Origin: Eledone cirrhosa
Taxonomy: Eukaryota
Reading direction: 5' to 3'
Assembly (NCBI GenBank): GCA_964016885.1
Contig: OZ024742.1
Location: 243,598,001 to 243,662,000, forward strand
Length of the DNA stretch: 64,000 nucleotides
Part shown: piece after piece, positions 15,811 to 27,964 of the stretch
Numbering within the stretch: the stretch's first letter is position 1
Layout: each line of letters opens with the position of its first letter
Translations under genes and position numbers: made by a program
Notes under the pieces: generated by a model
What the model was told of the DNA's origin: nothing
Database searches by the model: none
The model's input: the letters and a program-made list of their open reading frames with translations, nothing else

Positions 15811-16762
15811 TATTTCGCCAAAAAACAATATACAATATGCCTCATCATGCAGATTGTTGTTAATTTTGTTTTTCATTTTAATTTTTCAAATTTTTATTCA
15901 GAATTATTCCATATTTCAATCTATATTGACATTCGATAAAATTATTTGTTTACTGTAAACATTTTAAACACCGTTATACTATGCACAATTCGACATGATT
16001 AGATAAGCGAGTTTTCTCCCTTTATCTATTGTTTTTGTCAAATAGCTGGGAGTTTATTTTCTTTCAAGTATTGACAAAATATACGCCAGACATAAACCGC
16101 TATTTTGGCAATCGCCTCTATAGAGTATTGTTGCTGAATACGAGACCCATGTTTTTGTTGCTTTACGAACAATAAAACAACTCCTAAAGGGAATAAATAT
16201 GCATAACAAAGGAATGAATTTATTTTATTTTTTTTGCTTTGATTGTATATTTTTGTGTATTATATTTATACGGTTCCTAGCAATAATAAGTAATTGATTA
16301 TATGTATGTACTTCTATTTAATATTATATATTTCTTATACAATGATAAAACTGCTTTTTCCGTCGAATAGTTCACTCACTCACACCATATAAAATAATAG
16401 CAAATAATATCCAAATCAGAAGCACCCAAAAATACTAATGCTCAGCATCGTTCTCCGTGGAATAAATAGGGTAGGGTTTCCCATGGGAAAAAATTGAAAT
16501 ATTTGTTTGTCAATTTCACACTGTTCCCACTACTGACTAATTTCAGAAGACCTATAAAGGTCATGGCCACTAACCTGCACCCTCTGACTATCTTATGAAA
16601 TCGATGATGATGATGATGACATATTTATATATATATATATATACACACACACATATATATATACACACACACACATATATATATATATATACACACACAC
16701 GTGTGTGTGTGTATGTACGATGTGTATGTATAATATGTGTATATGTGTGTGTGTATGTATAA

Positions 16763-16763
16763 T

Positions 16764-16794
<31 letters not shown>

Positions 16795-17630
16795 GGTTTA
16801 GCGTCCGTGTTCCACGCTTGCATGGGTTTGGGCGGGGGTTTTCCCACTTGAGGCAAGAGTGGTTGTCTTGCTCGCATAGGACTGTCTGGCGGGTTTTCTA
16901 CAGTTGGATGCCCTTCCTAACACCAACCACATTTACAGTGTGGGGCTGGGAGGTTTTTACCGTGTTGCCTACACGGCCACATTACAGCGTGGACTGTCTG
17001 GCGGGTTTTCTACAGTTGGATGCCCTTCCTAACACCAACCACATTTACAGTGTGGACTGGGAGGTTTTTACCGTGTTGCCTCCACGGCCACATTACAGCG
17101 TGGACTGTCTGGCGGGTTTTCTACAGCTGGATGCCTTTCCTAACACCAACCACATTTACAGTGTGGGGCTGGGAGGTTTTTACCGTGTTGCCTCCACGGC
17201 CACATTACAGCGTGGACTGTCTGGCGGGTTTTCTACAGCTGGATGCCTTTCCTAACACCAACCACATTTACAGTGTGGGGCTGGGAGGTTTTTACCGTGT
17301 TGCCTCCACGGCCACATTACAGCGTGGACTGTCTGGCGGGTTTTCTACAGCTGGATGCCTTTCCTAACACCAACCACATTTACAGTGTGGGGCTGGGAGG
17401 TTTTTACCGTGTTGCCTACACGGCCACATTTACAGCGTGGACTGTGTGTTTTTTTGTCGTGACACCTACACGATCTCATTTGTTTCGGCCTGGATGTTGT
17501 GGGACCAACATAACTTTACATTGAAGGGGCGGTGTGGATGGGGTGGAGGTGGTGGGACGGGGGTGTGTTTTGATAGAGATGCCTACTGACTGTAGTAGGT
17601 TTTTACTTTGTATTTAGGTAAGGCGGGTCT
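16763..17630 (-). mobile_element. RTE LINE 3' end with internally amplified 3'UTR unit
   Basis: Collinear with about 4953-5370 (stop region, 3'UTR, (GAT)n tail) but has five copies of an internal unit. Confidence 0.9.
16881..17440. repeat. Five tandem copies of a 111-113 bp unit
   Basis: Units start at 16881, 16993, 17104, 17216 and 17328, each beginning ACTGTCTGGCGGG. Confidence 0.95.
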
Positions 17631-17651
17631 TATAATATATATATATATATA

Positions 17652-17729
17652 CAGAGTGGGGCATAAAGATGTCCCACATTTTCAAGGTATATAAAAAAAG
17701 AATATGAGAGGTCTTTATGCCCCACCCTG
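17652..17729. mobile_element. 78-bp Tc1/mariner-type MITE with TA target duplication
   Basis: TA|CAGAGTGGGGCATAAAGA ... TCTTTATGCCCCACCCTG|TA; 18-bp TIR with one mismatch. Confidence 0.75.
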
Positions 17730-17754
17730 TATATATATAATCATCATCATCGTT

Positions 17755-18628
17755 AGTAAAGAATTTAGCATGCATGTAGGTGTCTATCATGGCTCCATCC
17801 TTTGCTCTCTCCTGCTTATTATTGCCCTGCAGACTATAACAGAAGATTTTAAGATTGGCTGCCCATGGGAACTTATGTATGCAGATGATCTAACCCCTCA
17901 TAGTGAAATCTATGGCAGAATTAGAGAAGGAATTCCAAACCTGAAAGCATGGCATAGAATCAAAAGGTCTTAAAGGTAACTTGTCAAAGACTAAAGTCCT
18001 AGTATGTAGAAAGGAAAACAGGGCCCAGATTCCTTCGGGTAAATGGCCTTGCTCAGTGTGCAGGAAAGGAGTAGGTAGAAATTCCATCCTATGTCACAAA
18101 TGCAAGCTATGGATACATAAAAGATGTAGTGAGATCACAGGCAGGCCATCAAAGAACGTAGGTTTTATATGCAGTCGATGCACAGGTGCAGTAAGTAGCA
18201 AGTGCCCACAGGATACTAGAAATAGTCAACAGTTTCCATTACCTGGATGACCAAATTGGCAGTGGAGGAGGGTATTCCAAGGGAGCTACTACCACTGTTA
18301 GCAATAAAAGATTCAATGATGCATGTATACAAACAGCAATGTTATATGGTAGTGAGACCTGGGCACTGTGTGCAGACGACCTGCAAAGATTGAAAAGAAA
18401 TAAAGCCTGCATGCTCCAATGGATGTGTAATAGTAATATACACAAACAGCTAAGCATAAATGGACAGAGAGAAATTAAGCATAAGTCAGATCAGATGGAA
18501 GGGCATCCAACCGTAGAAACCAAGTTCTATATAAGCTATACACGGTCACCTGACCCGACTTGCTTCAAACAAGACAACCCATCTAACCCATGCTAGTGTG
18601 GAAAATAGACATTAAACGATGATGATGA
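17755..18628 (+). pseudogene. Decayed RTE LINE: RT fragment, PHD-like finger, C-terminus, (GAT)n tail
   Basis: GVYHGSILCSLL and ELMYADDL; WPCSVC...CHKCKLWIHKRC...CSRC; LYGSETW; several frameshifts. Confidence 0.88.
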
Positions 18629-18699
18629 TATATATATATTTATATTATATTATTTATGTTCGTACATGGAACAAAAGTGTTATCTAAGGTTTCAAGGCC

Positions 18700-19170
18700 C
18701 AATATTGACCATATCTCTAGAAATGTAAGAGGGATTAAAATTGAGACCTATAAAATACTGTTAAAAGTAATCCGTGCTAAAAATGCTAGTTTATGAATAA
18801 CGTATTATAACAAAGAAGAATAGACCTTATGTTCCACTCCAATAGAACCCTCCTGTTTAGTAACATAATACTTAGGTAAAAAAATCTGAAGCTGATGATT
18901 CTTTTGATGTCTCCATGGGGTCCTATGACATTGCTGATGTTTGTAATCTTATTGTCTTATATATTCTTCTGATGCTAAAGTCTAAATTCCCCAACCACTC
19001 CTTTGATTTATACCATGCTGATGGTCTTTCATTTTCACATGATTGTAATGGACACACTCTGGACATATTCCGTAAAAATATAATTGACACCTTTTGTACA
19101 CTAGGACTTAAAATTACAGTTGATACTAATCTTACTAATGCAAATTTTCTTGATGTAAAGACTTAGTTAT
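18700..19170 (+). pseudogene. Penelope-like reverse transcriptase fragment
   Basis: FDVSMGSYDIADVC.LI.LYIL, LYHADGL (degenerate YRDDG), GLKITVDTNL...NFLDV resemble PLE RT motifs. Confidence 0.8.
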
Positions 19171-19669
19171 GTGGACTTTTTTAAATCTATCTTATAATAA
19201 ACATTACACAACCCAGTCTGTCTTCTTCTATTCTCCCTTCTTACCTTTTCTACACTTCAGTGTCATTCCTCTTAGTCTACATGCTGAACTACAATTCTTA
19301 TTATTCTCTTCTGTTTTATTATTCCTCTCCTTTACCTAAGCCCTTGTACACCATTCTCTTCCTTCTTTGTCAGTTGACACACTTGAGATACTTTTTCTTC
19401 TATATTTGTGTAATTTGCCTAAAGGTATAACTTTTGCTATGTCCCAATATGCACTGGAATGAATGATAACAACTTTAATGTACCAAAACCATAGTGATTT
19501 CCAGAGGTCGACTAAGGAAATGGATTGTCTGTCTTTCTGTTGCTTTTTCCATTGTCTTTGTCCTGTGTGCCCCGTATTTTAATATTATATGTATTTGCTC
19601 TACGGTTTTTATATATATATAATCCCTATCGAGCCCTCTTCAGATTTTAGTGTTCGCATTTATTATTAT

Positions 19670-19704
<35 letters not shown>

Positions 19705-19707
<3 letters not shown>

Positions 19708-19900
19708 TCATCATCTTCATTGTTTAACGTACATTTTCCATGCTTGCATGAGTTAGACAGGTGGTCACATTATGAGACAAATCAGGTCAGGAGACTATAT
19801 CTTGCTCATACAGATCTGTATTTTGGCTTGTTTCTACAGATGGATGCCCTTCCTAACACCAACCACATTACAGTGTGGACTTTGTGCTTTTTATCATGGC
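19705..19900 (-). mobile_element. RTE-tail fragment
   Basis: (CAT)n-GTTTAACGT...TTCCATGCTTGCATG and GATGCCCTTCCTAACACCAACCAC. Confidence 0.75.
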
Positions 19901-19919
19901 AGCATATATCGTCATCATC

Positions 19920-19953
<34 letters not shown>

Positions 19954-20003
19954 TATCGATGTTTCCTACTTAGATCTAAATGAAATCAATTATTGACAGC
20001 TAA

Positions 20004-20285
20004 CACGTGGCCTAGTAGTAAGGGTGTTGGACTTATGATCATAATGTTGTGGGTTCGATTCTTGGGTTGTGTGTTGTGTTCTTGAGCAAAACACTTCATT
20101 GCATATTGCTTCAGTATACTCAGCTGAAAATGAGTACCAGCAATAGCTGGAGGTTTAACCCTGCGATGGACTGGTGTCTTGTCCAGGGGGCAGTCTTGTG
20201 CTGTCAGTCGCATCATGCCATGAAACTGGGATAAGCACCGGCCAAATGAGCCTTCTGGCTTAAGACAGACTTCAGACTTAATAAT
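20004..20285 (+). mobile_element. tRNA-derived SINE, CORE/V-like body
   Basis: TGGCCTAGTAG A-box, GGTTCGATTC B-box, GTTCTTGAGCAAAACACTT body similar to 2055-2200. Confidence 0.75.
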
Positions 20286-21271
20286 GTCTTCCTCATAGAA
20301 ACAATGCAACATACTGATAGCAGGTTATGAACCCATTCTGCTGGTTATCCTATACATACTAGTGTCTGAGAAAACTAGTTGTGGTCTACCCAATAAAATA
20401 TTATTTCACAACATACAACTTTACCCAAGTGTAAGAACTTCTCTACCAAATTCTTTACTGATTTGACCATCCAAAGTTTCTTTTATTATATCTTTATTTA
20501 CTGTTATGGAAATAGCCTCTACACTTTTGAATATTTTAGTTATTCAGGGCCTTCAAGACTGATGGAAGAGAAATATCCTCAAACTGGAGATCTGGCTGAA
20601 GGGCCAAGTGGTGGTTTTAAACCAAGTGATAGATTAAGTCTACAACCCAAGAAATCAGACTATAAAGAGCCAAAATAAATACTATAAAGCATCCCATTCA
20701 AGTAGGTCATAATAGGATCTGAACTTAGAATGCAAAGAGCCAGAATAAATACTGCAAAGCACTCTATCTGACACTTTAATAACTCAACCAATCCACTTCT
20801 TGTAGTTTTTTTATAGGATAGAGAAAGGCTTGAAATTCTCAACAGTTTATCATTTATATCAATGCCTACCATTCAGTACTTGCATGTTTGTATCTTTATT
20901 AGCTAACCCACCTGTAATCATTCAACCTGCTCAGAGCAGTAGCAGCAATATCTTCTTCAAGAAATTCCCTTACATCTTAAAATATGGATCATGTATTTGA
21001 AGTCCTAAATCTGAGGACAACATGGTGACAATAAAATAGAATGATCACAGTAGAAGATGCTGGTCAAATGTCTGTTATATATATGCTGAAACAGTATTCA
21101 CAAGGGTTTACATACAACAATATAAACCTCTCACGGTTATCTTTATCTCTGCATAAAAACTGGCTTGTGTGAGTGAGAGAAAGACAAATAGTGTGTGTGT
21201 GCATGAGAGTGAGAAATAGTGTGTATGTGAGAAAGAGAGTGAGAGTGTGTGTGCTTGAGAGAGAAATAGTA

Positions 21272-21316
<45 letters not shown>

Positions 21317-22574
21317 GTGTGAGAGAGTGAGAAAAATAGTGTGTGTGTCTGAGAGAGAGAGAGAGAGAGAGAGTGGGGGGGGGATAGTATGTGTGAAAGA
21401 GAGATAGTGAGTGCGTGAGAAAGAAACAGTAAGAGAAAGAGAGATGGTGGACAGTATAAATATAATGACTAACGTTGGAGTTTTCTCCCTTACATACGAT
21501 TTGTAAAAGTGACTGCTATAATTAATTTTGTATTGTATTAGATCGAGAGGTTTCTTCAATCAAGTTTGACTTGAGACTTACACAAGAATAATAACAGCTC
21601 ACACACTGATTGTACTTTGAGCCAATGAGGGAATCTTTATTCGGTAGTTCCTAAACTATCTTTACTTACGATGCACTTTAGAACAAGTAAAAATATGTTG
21701 ATGTACTTTGTACCTAAATTCAAAAATGTATTCAAAAAAGATATTTATACATATTAGCATAGAATAAAGTAGAAATATAGAAAAAGTATATGTACTTCTG
21801 TCTTTAGTCAAAAAATGGGGCAGAGTACTCGATGAGAAACGTAATTTGGTGTTTTTTTTAGCAATGTTCATTTTTAGTTTAGTTGTCTCCCCACTTTGAC
21901 AGTTATATATGAACGAGGAATTTCGAGCGATTTAGTAATATAACTAACTTTCAGGCAGTACACCAGCACAACCGCAGTCTCTAGAAAAAAATATCGTTAG
22001 TGCATCGAACCAAATTTCAAGCAGTATTTAGTTACGAATTTTTACATTATGAGTTCAAGTCCTGTGGTGGTAAAATTTACCTTTCATCCTTCCATCGTTT
22101 CCGACGATGAGTGCTCCAAGTGATTCAATCAAGTGAACTGCCTGTTCGTGAAATTAACGTGTAAGTGGCTGAGCATTCCACAGACATGTGCATCCTTAAC
22201 ATAGTTCTTAGGGAGATTCATCGTGACAAGGCTGGCAGGTACAACTGGGGCAACGTGAAATGAAGTGTTTTGCTGAAGGACACAATACGCCGCCTAGTCG
22301 AGAAATGAAAACTTGCGACCTTATCAGCTGAATATTTTAACCACTAAGACACGCTTTCATAAGTACTGGTGTCGATTTATAGTCCTTTAGTGCATTTTAG
22401 ATATGAATGGAATTATTATATAAGACAAGAATGTTCTTGAAGGGTTTCTGATAGTGATGATTTCTTTTTCTCTAAAAATTCTTGCGAGTCGAAGTATGAA
22501 TCAAATCAGTTTGTATCGTATAATAACAGTGTACCTGCGTGTATATGCCTGTCTGATGAACTAAGGTAGTAAGA

Positions 22575-22878
22575 CATGGGGAAACCATGACATACGGAGG
22601 TTCTAAGGCATTTTAAAACCTGGCAGAACCCAACCTCGCCGGGTCTGAATACAGCCAATTTCTTCCAGAGAAGGATAGGATGTGAGAGAATGGAAGTAAG
22701 AAAGTGATGTAGAGGAAGAATTGACTCCAGTACTTGACAGGTACTTTTTATTTATCGACCTGATATGGATGAAAGGCAAAGTTGACCTCGGCGGGATTTG
22801 AACTCAGAGAGCAGAGAGCCGAAACGAATACCACAAAGCGTTCTGTCCGACGTTCTGACGATTCTGACAATTCGCCGC
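22575..22878 (-). mobile_element. tRNA-derived SINE with alternative 3' tail, flanked by 14-bp TSD
   Basis: Direct repeat CTAAGGTAGTAAGA at 22561-22574 and 22879-22892; head and body match the ATT-tailed SINE family. Confidence 0.8.
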
Positions 22879-23071
22879 CTAAGGTAGTAAGAGATCAACC
22901 CCAAGCCTATTATAGAATATTTGCCTTACATTATTTGCTATGCATAGTTTCTGCTTCATGAATTAAAATTATAAAATTGTTGTCATTTTTAGGTATTTAC
23001 TTAGTTTGATACTTCACGGTTCTGTCTTCATATTTCATTAAAACTAACTTTTCACACATTTTCCAAATAAC

Positions 23072-23352
23072 AATTGTTGTTATATTTGGGGATAGTCATC
23101 TTACCAATTTTGTCAATAAAAACACACGCATTCTACGAGTTTCACTTCAGCTTTATTTATTATTTATTAGTTAATTCGTCAAATCTCTTTCGTCACACAT
23201 TCTGTGACATCCTCAATACCATTTATTCTTTTATGTGCCTCCTCTTCTTTTGGGTTTTAATCCGTTTACTCCATCTAGCCAAAATGACCAGCCCCAAATA
23301 TAACAATATCTGATTCAACATTAAGAATCTAGCAAAACAAATACATAAACGT
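23072..23352. mobile_element. Diverged PLE family A inverted remnant
   Basis: TTGTTATATTTGGGG...CCCCAAATATAACAA arms, one-sided tail, degenerate hammerhead on - strand (GTCACA/TGTGAC-GAAA). Confidence 0.65.
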
Positions 23353-23617
23353 ATATATAACGGAATACTCCTATGTTTTACCAGCGAAGATTCGAAACCG
23401 AATCTGAGCTTTCTCACCTCTGGGACAATCTATCGTTGGAAGTTCTCATCATTGTCCTGCCAAGACAACGATGATAAATGTACATTCCATTTGACCTGTG
23501 ACCCCAACCCCTTGGGAGATGCTAACCACAAGTCAGATCATAAATCAACCTCATATATCCATCCTTCTAACTTTAGCACTTATTATAAATATAAATACAA
23601 GGAATTAAGGAACCAAA

Positions 23618-23850
23618 GGGTCAGACGCGAAGCAACAGTCAACAAGATAACGATGTAGCATCAGTAGAACTGTCACTCTGTCTTTCTCCTGGTCCTTACT
23701 GGCTTACCCTCTCGGCCACTGACACAGCCAGACAAGTCAGACGCGAAGCGGCAGTCAACAAGATAACGATGTAACATCAGTAGACATTTCACTCTATCTT
23801 TCTCCTGGTCCTTACTGGCTTATCTCCTCGGCTACCGAAACAGCCAGCCA
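23618..23850. repeat. Two tandem copies of an approximately 117-bp unit in an LTR-like segment
   Basis: GTCAGACGCGAAGC...GACACAGCCAG is repeated; TATA-like upstream, AATAAA downstream. Confidence 0.8.
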
Positions 23851-24042
23851 GCCAACCATGCCTGCCTGACAGATTAACCATTACTACTATGAGAATAAAA
23901 TATTCTAAGAATAGGCACACACACACACACGCATAGTAAGTTCATATTGTTATCTTATACTCTCATCATATTCTTCCTGCCATATTGTATCAGCAAGACA
24001 CAACACAACTCATACTATATAGTCTTCTCTGATACATGGATT

Positions 24043-24812
24043 TGTAGCGAAATCTGTCCACGCCTTGAACCTTGGATGACACCTAAAGGTCAAACTCTAG
24101 GTCACCACCCTTTTGGTGTAAACGGGTTTATGCGTGAGCTATCCCCTCAAGGTGGAAGACAGAAAGCGACAGGTATATAAAGCCTGTATATTCCCACCTT
24201 AGATACAGAGAGATCGGAGCACCACGATACAGACAAGCTGTGAGAGATTCACCGCTACCTTCAGGCCCCAGAGGTATACAGACATACAGAGCGATCGGAG
24301 CAGTACGCTATTACAAGCTTTGTGAAAGATTTACCGCTATCTACAGGCCACAGTGGTCTACAGTCAACTACAGACCATTCAGAGGTATACAGACCATTAC
24401 TCTCTCTCTCTCTCACTATGGTCTCAGACTACAACAGTCTCATGAACCAACAACAAAAATAACATTGTCAACCTTCGCAACTCGTGGTAACTTGTTTATT
24501 GTTCTTTTTGACTCAAGTGAAGTAAACCTTTATATATTAAGTAAATCGGCCATTCTTGTTATTTCATCTAATAAGCATGTTAATCCCATCTAACAAATAT
24601 TACTAATACCCTTCGTTAAAGATTCACGTTGGCTCGTAGAGCTAACAGTTTAATGTAGCGACGGTTCGTGTCATAAATTTTATTACTCAGTGTTCAAATC
24701 GAATATTGTTATTATAAAATAAACATTGTTAACAACTCAATCATGGCATTATTCTTTTCATTCAAACCATCATACCAAGAACACAACTTATCCACTACAA
24801 TTGGTGACCCCG
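24043..24812 (+). mobile_element. LTR (24043-24799) with primer-binding site, probably Gypsy-like; no internal coding region found
   Basis: Inverted termini TGTAGCG...CACTACA, TATATAAA at about 24174, AATAAA at about 24718, then AT-TGGTGACCCCG complementary to the tRNA-Trp 3' end. Confidence 0.72.
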
Positions 24813-25755
24813 TGAAAGGAACACACAGCTTTCTCAAATATCCGCTACATTCTATGCTTCACCTATTCTTTCGTCTCTGTCATATTATATCCGCTACATA
24901 TATAATATACTGTGTTTTAGTTCAGTCACAGTTCGTAACCTACATGCGATTACCAACTGCAAACAGTTGTCCTCGCTAACGCTTTTGATGCCCTTGCATC
25001 AAGAAGTTCCTATTTTCACTTGCCAAAAAAATATCAGGTTTCACCCCTATCTAAAGAACAATTAACCCAAACACACCGTTATCCTCTCCACTCCCCAGAT
25101 AGCAATCAAAAGAAGAGGGTGAATTATTATTTTGGTCCAGTGATGCTAATAACTTCTGGTTGTGTTGCTTAGCGAAGGAGAACAAAAACTACTTTGTTGA
25201 TGGCATGAATATCAACTCACACACGTACTACAACGTAAATAAAAACAACGAATGAATGGATGAATACACGTACACACACCAGCTATCCTTCTAGATATAG
25301 ACATACCCTTTCAGAATAATACGTAAGATATGTAGCAATTAGTTTTATTGAATACAATTATCTTTTTTCCCAACACTTCTATCCCAGTGTTACACGCTCG
25401 AGTGCCTATGTCTATGAAAAAATACAGATTCGGATCAATACTATAGTTAGTGCTATATTGCAGGTAATTTATGTTATATTTTTAATTAAAAAACTTAAAA
25501 GCAAATCTAAACACAGATCACAAGTTAAGCGTTGTTCAAAAGAAAGCTAGACTTCCTATAAATAGGAGTTGGAGAAATGGGAACGAAGAGATAAGTGATG
25601 CTTTTAATACTGTATAAATTATGTTAGATACACTTTATCAATACTTGTATGAACATGAATATGTTGACGCTATATTCCCTTTAATTTTCTATATATGTGT
25701 TAAATAAAAGTATATCATATATATATATATATATATATGATATATATAAAAGTAT

Positions 25756-25811
<56 letters not shown>

Positions 25812-26019
25812 TATGCAAACTACATACACACACATACTCAAATACACACAAACGAACGTACGTATTCACTTACGTAGATAAACCCAAAATCACCCTGACC
25901 TCCACCTGACGAGGTGGGATTCTGATGTCTAATTGTATGTGTGTACGTGTGTATCTGTGTGTGTGTGTGTGTGTATGTATATGTGTGTGTATGTATGATG
26001 CATGTGTGTGTGTGTGTAC

Positions 26020-26655
26020 ATGAGGTGCATCTTGGAGCGATGTCTAACCCCTCAGAGGCTAAGGCTACCAGAACAATTAAAGAGCCCAAATGTGACAAGG
26101 CCGCTGGGGAAGATGACATCCAGTCCGAAGTGTTAAAAGCCTTAAATAGAGAACGTATTCTCTAAATGTCTGGCAAAGAGATATAGGGATATTGTTGAAT
26201 TCAAGCTAGCTGACGAACTGTGTGGTTTTCACCCTTCCCGCAGCATAGCCGACCAAATATTCACACTGTAGCAAGTCTTCGACAAATCATGGGAGTATTG
26301 CCGAGAGATGTTTACTTGTTTCATAAACTTCGAAAAGGAGATCAGAGAGTCGTTCCAAGTAGAGCTGTTACTTCTTCGAATCGAGAGATCACAGCTGCAA
26401 TATTATGGACATGTGATTAGAATGTCTTAAGAAAAATCGCTGGACAGATTTTATGGGCAAAACCAACTGGCAGGAGACCCTGGGGTAGATCCCGAACAAG
26501 ATGGTGGATAAAATCGATGAGCTCGGCTGGTCTCGCTTGGGGATCCAATCGGATCAATTGGAGACGGTGGCTTCTGACAGGACCTGCTAGAATGCGTGCT
26601 TAAGGACTCTACCCCACCGATCCTCCCAGGAATAATAATAATAATAATAATAATA
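26020..26655 (+). pseudogene. Heavily deleted RTE-like LINE remnant ending at (AAT)n
   Basis: KAAGEDDIQSEVLK motif and decayed RT segments. Confidence 0.6.
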
Positions 26656-27250
26656 ATTGTTTCTACTTTTGGCACAAGGCCAGCAATTACCCAGTGCATT
26701 ACTGGTACTTTATTTTATCGACCCCGTAAGGATGAAAGGCAAAATTAACCTCGGCGGGATTTGAACTCAGATCGTAAAGGGACGTAACTATGCTGGAAAG
26801 CATGGCGTTCGACCCTCTACCGATACTGCCAATCCACCGCCCTTTCGATACAATAATTGTTTCTACTTTAGGCACAAGGCCAGCAATTACCCAGTGCATT
26901 ACTGGTACTTTATTTTATCGACCCCGTAAGGATGAAAGGCAAAGTCAACCTCGGCGGGATTTGAACTCAGATCGTAAAGGGACGTAACTATGCTGGAAAG
27001 CATGGCGTCCGACCCTCTACCGATACTGCCAATAATAATGGTTTCTTATATAGGTACAAGGCCAGTAATTTGGGGGGAAGGGAAAGTCGATTAAATCGAT
27101 CCCAGTGCGTGACTGGTACTTTATTATATCGACCCCGTAAGGATGAAAGGCAAAGCTAACCTCGGCTGGATTTGAATTCAGAACATAAAGGGCCGTAACT
27201 CTATGTGGTAAAAAATGTTGTCCGATACCCTTAATTGCGCCAAATGTTAA
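26640..27250 (-). mobile_element. Head-to-tail trimer of the ATT-tailed tRNA SINE
   Basis: Three units (about 27250-27033, 27030-26852, 26843-26640), each with a B-box GA(G/A)TTCAAATCC, body GCCTTTCATCCTTACGGGGTCGAT and tail GGCCTTGT(G/A)CC...AGAAAC(A/C)ATTATT. Confidence 0.9.
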
Positions 27251-27964
27251 AGCTGTCATGGTTCACTGAAGGTGTCTAGTGACAGTCCAAATGATGGCTC
27301 TGTAAATTCAATATATGTTAAGTGGTAGAATGAACAAAATTTCAAAATGTGTATGTAGGCATAAGCTTTTGTCCTCTACTACGTCCGTGCGTTAGAGCCA
27401 TGTGAGAGAAAGTCATAATTGCGCCGAAAATTATCAAATAGCAGAATGAACAAAAATTGCATGTGTATGTGAGAGAGAGAATAGTTGTTAGTGAATGCAC
27501 CTTGTTTAGGTTTATTCAGTCGTGGTTCGTATTTTTATTTATTCGTGTTTGATCTGTGATATTGTCTGAACAAAGGTAAAGTGGGAAGACTTGGAATTTG
27601 AGTGACTTATATGTTGCACATAATTCCAGATGTCCACAGAGTGGAATCTGTCTGGTATTTGTTGACGATGAATAATCATCTTGTTTCTGAGAGTAAATTT
27701 TGTTTGACCTCATTGCATCCTTTACATTTAATAGCACATATATGCGCACATGGTCGTGCATATTATTTAAGAAAATAATTACGTAATTAATACAGGCAAT
27801 TGATAATAATTAGTGCTACTTCATTAGAAAATTCTGGTCGAAAGTTATAACAGACTATCTATTTACACACTTACAAACAATAAGTCTCTTAAACTACACC
27901 CTCCCATCACAAAAAGGGGCACATAGGACAATGTGGTCCGAGATATGCACAAAGATGGGAATAT

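Noticed and set aside
16881-17440. Regular repeats resembling a CRISPR array
   Set aside because: Units are near-identical with no unique spacers and derive from an RTE 3'UTR; eukaryotic context.
20547-20678. Possible coding exon MEEKYPQTGDLAEGPSGG
   Set aside because: Acceptor-like site present, but no clear donor or recognisable domain, and the 3' part resembles SINE debris.
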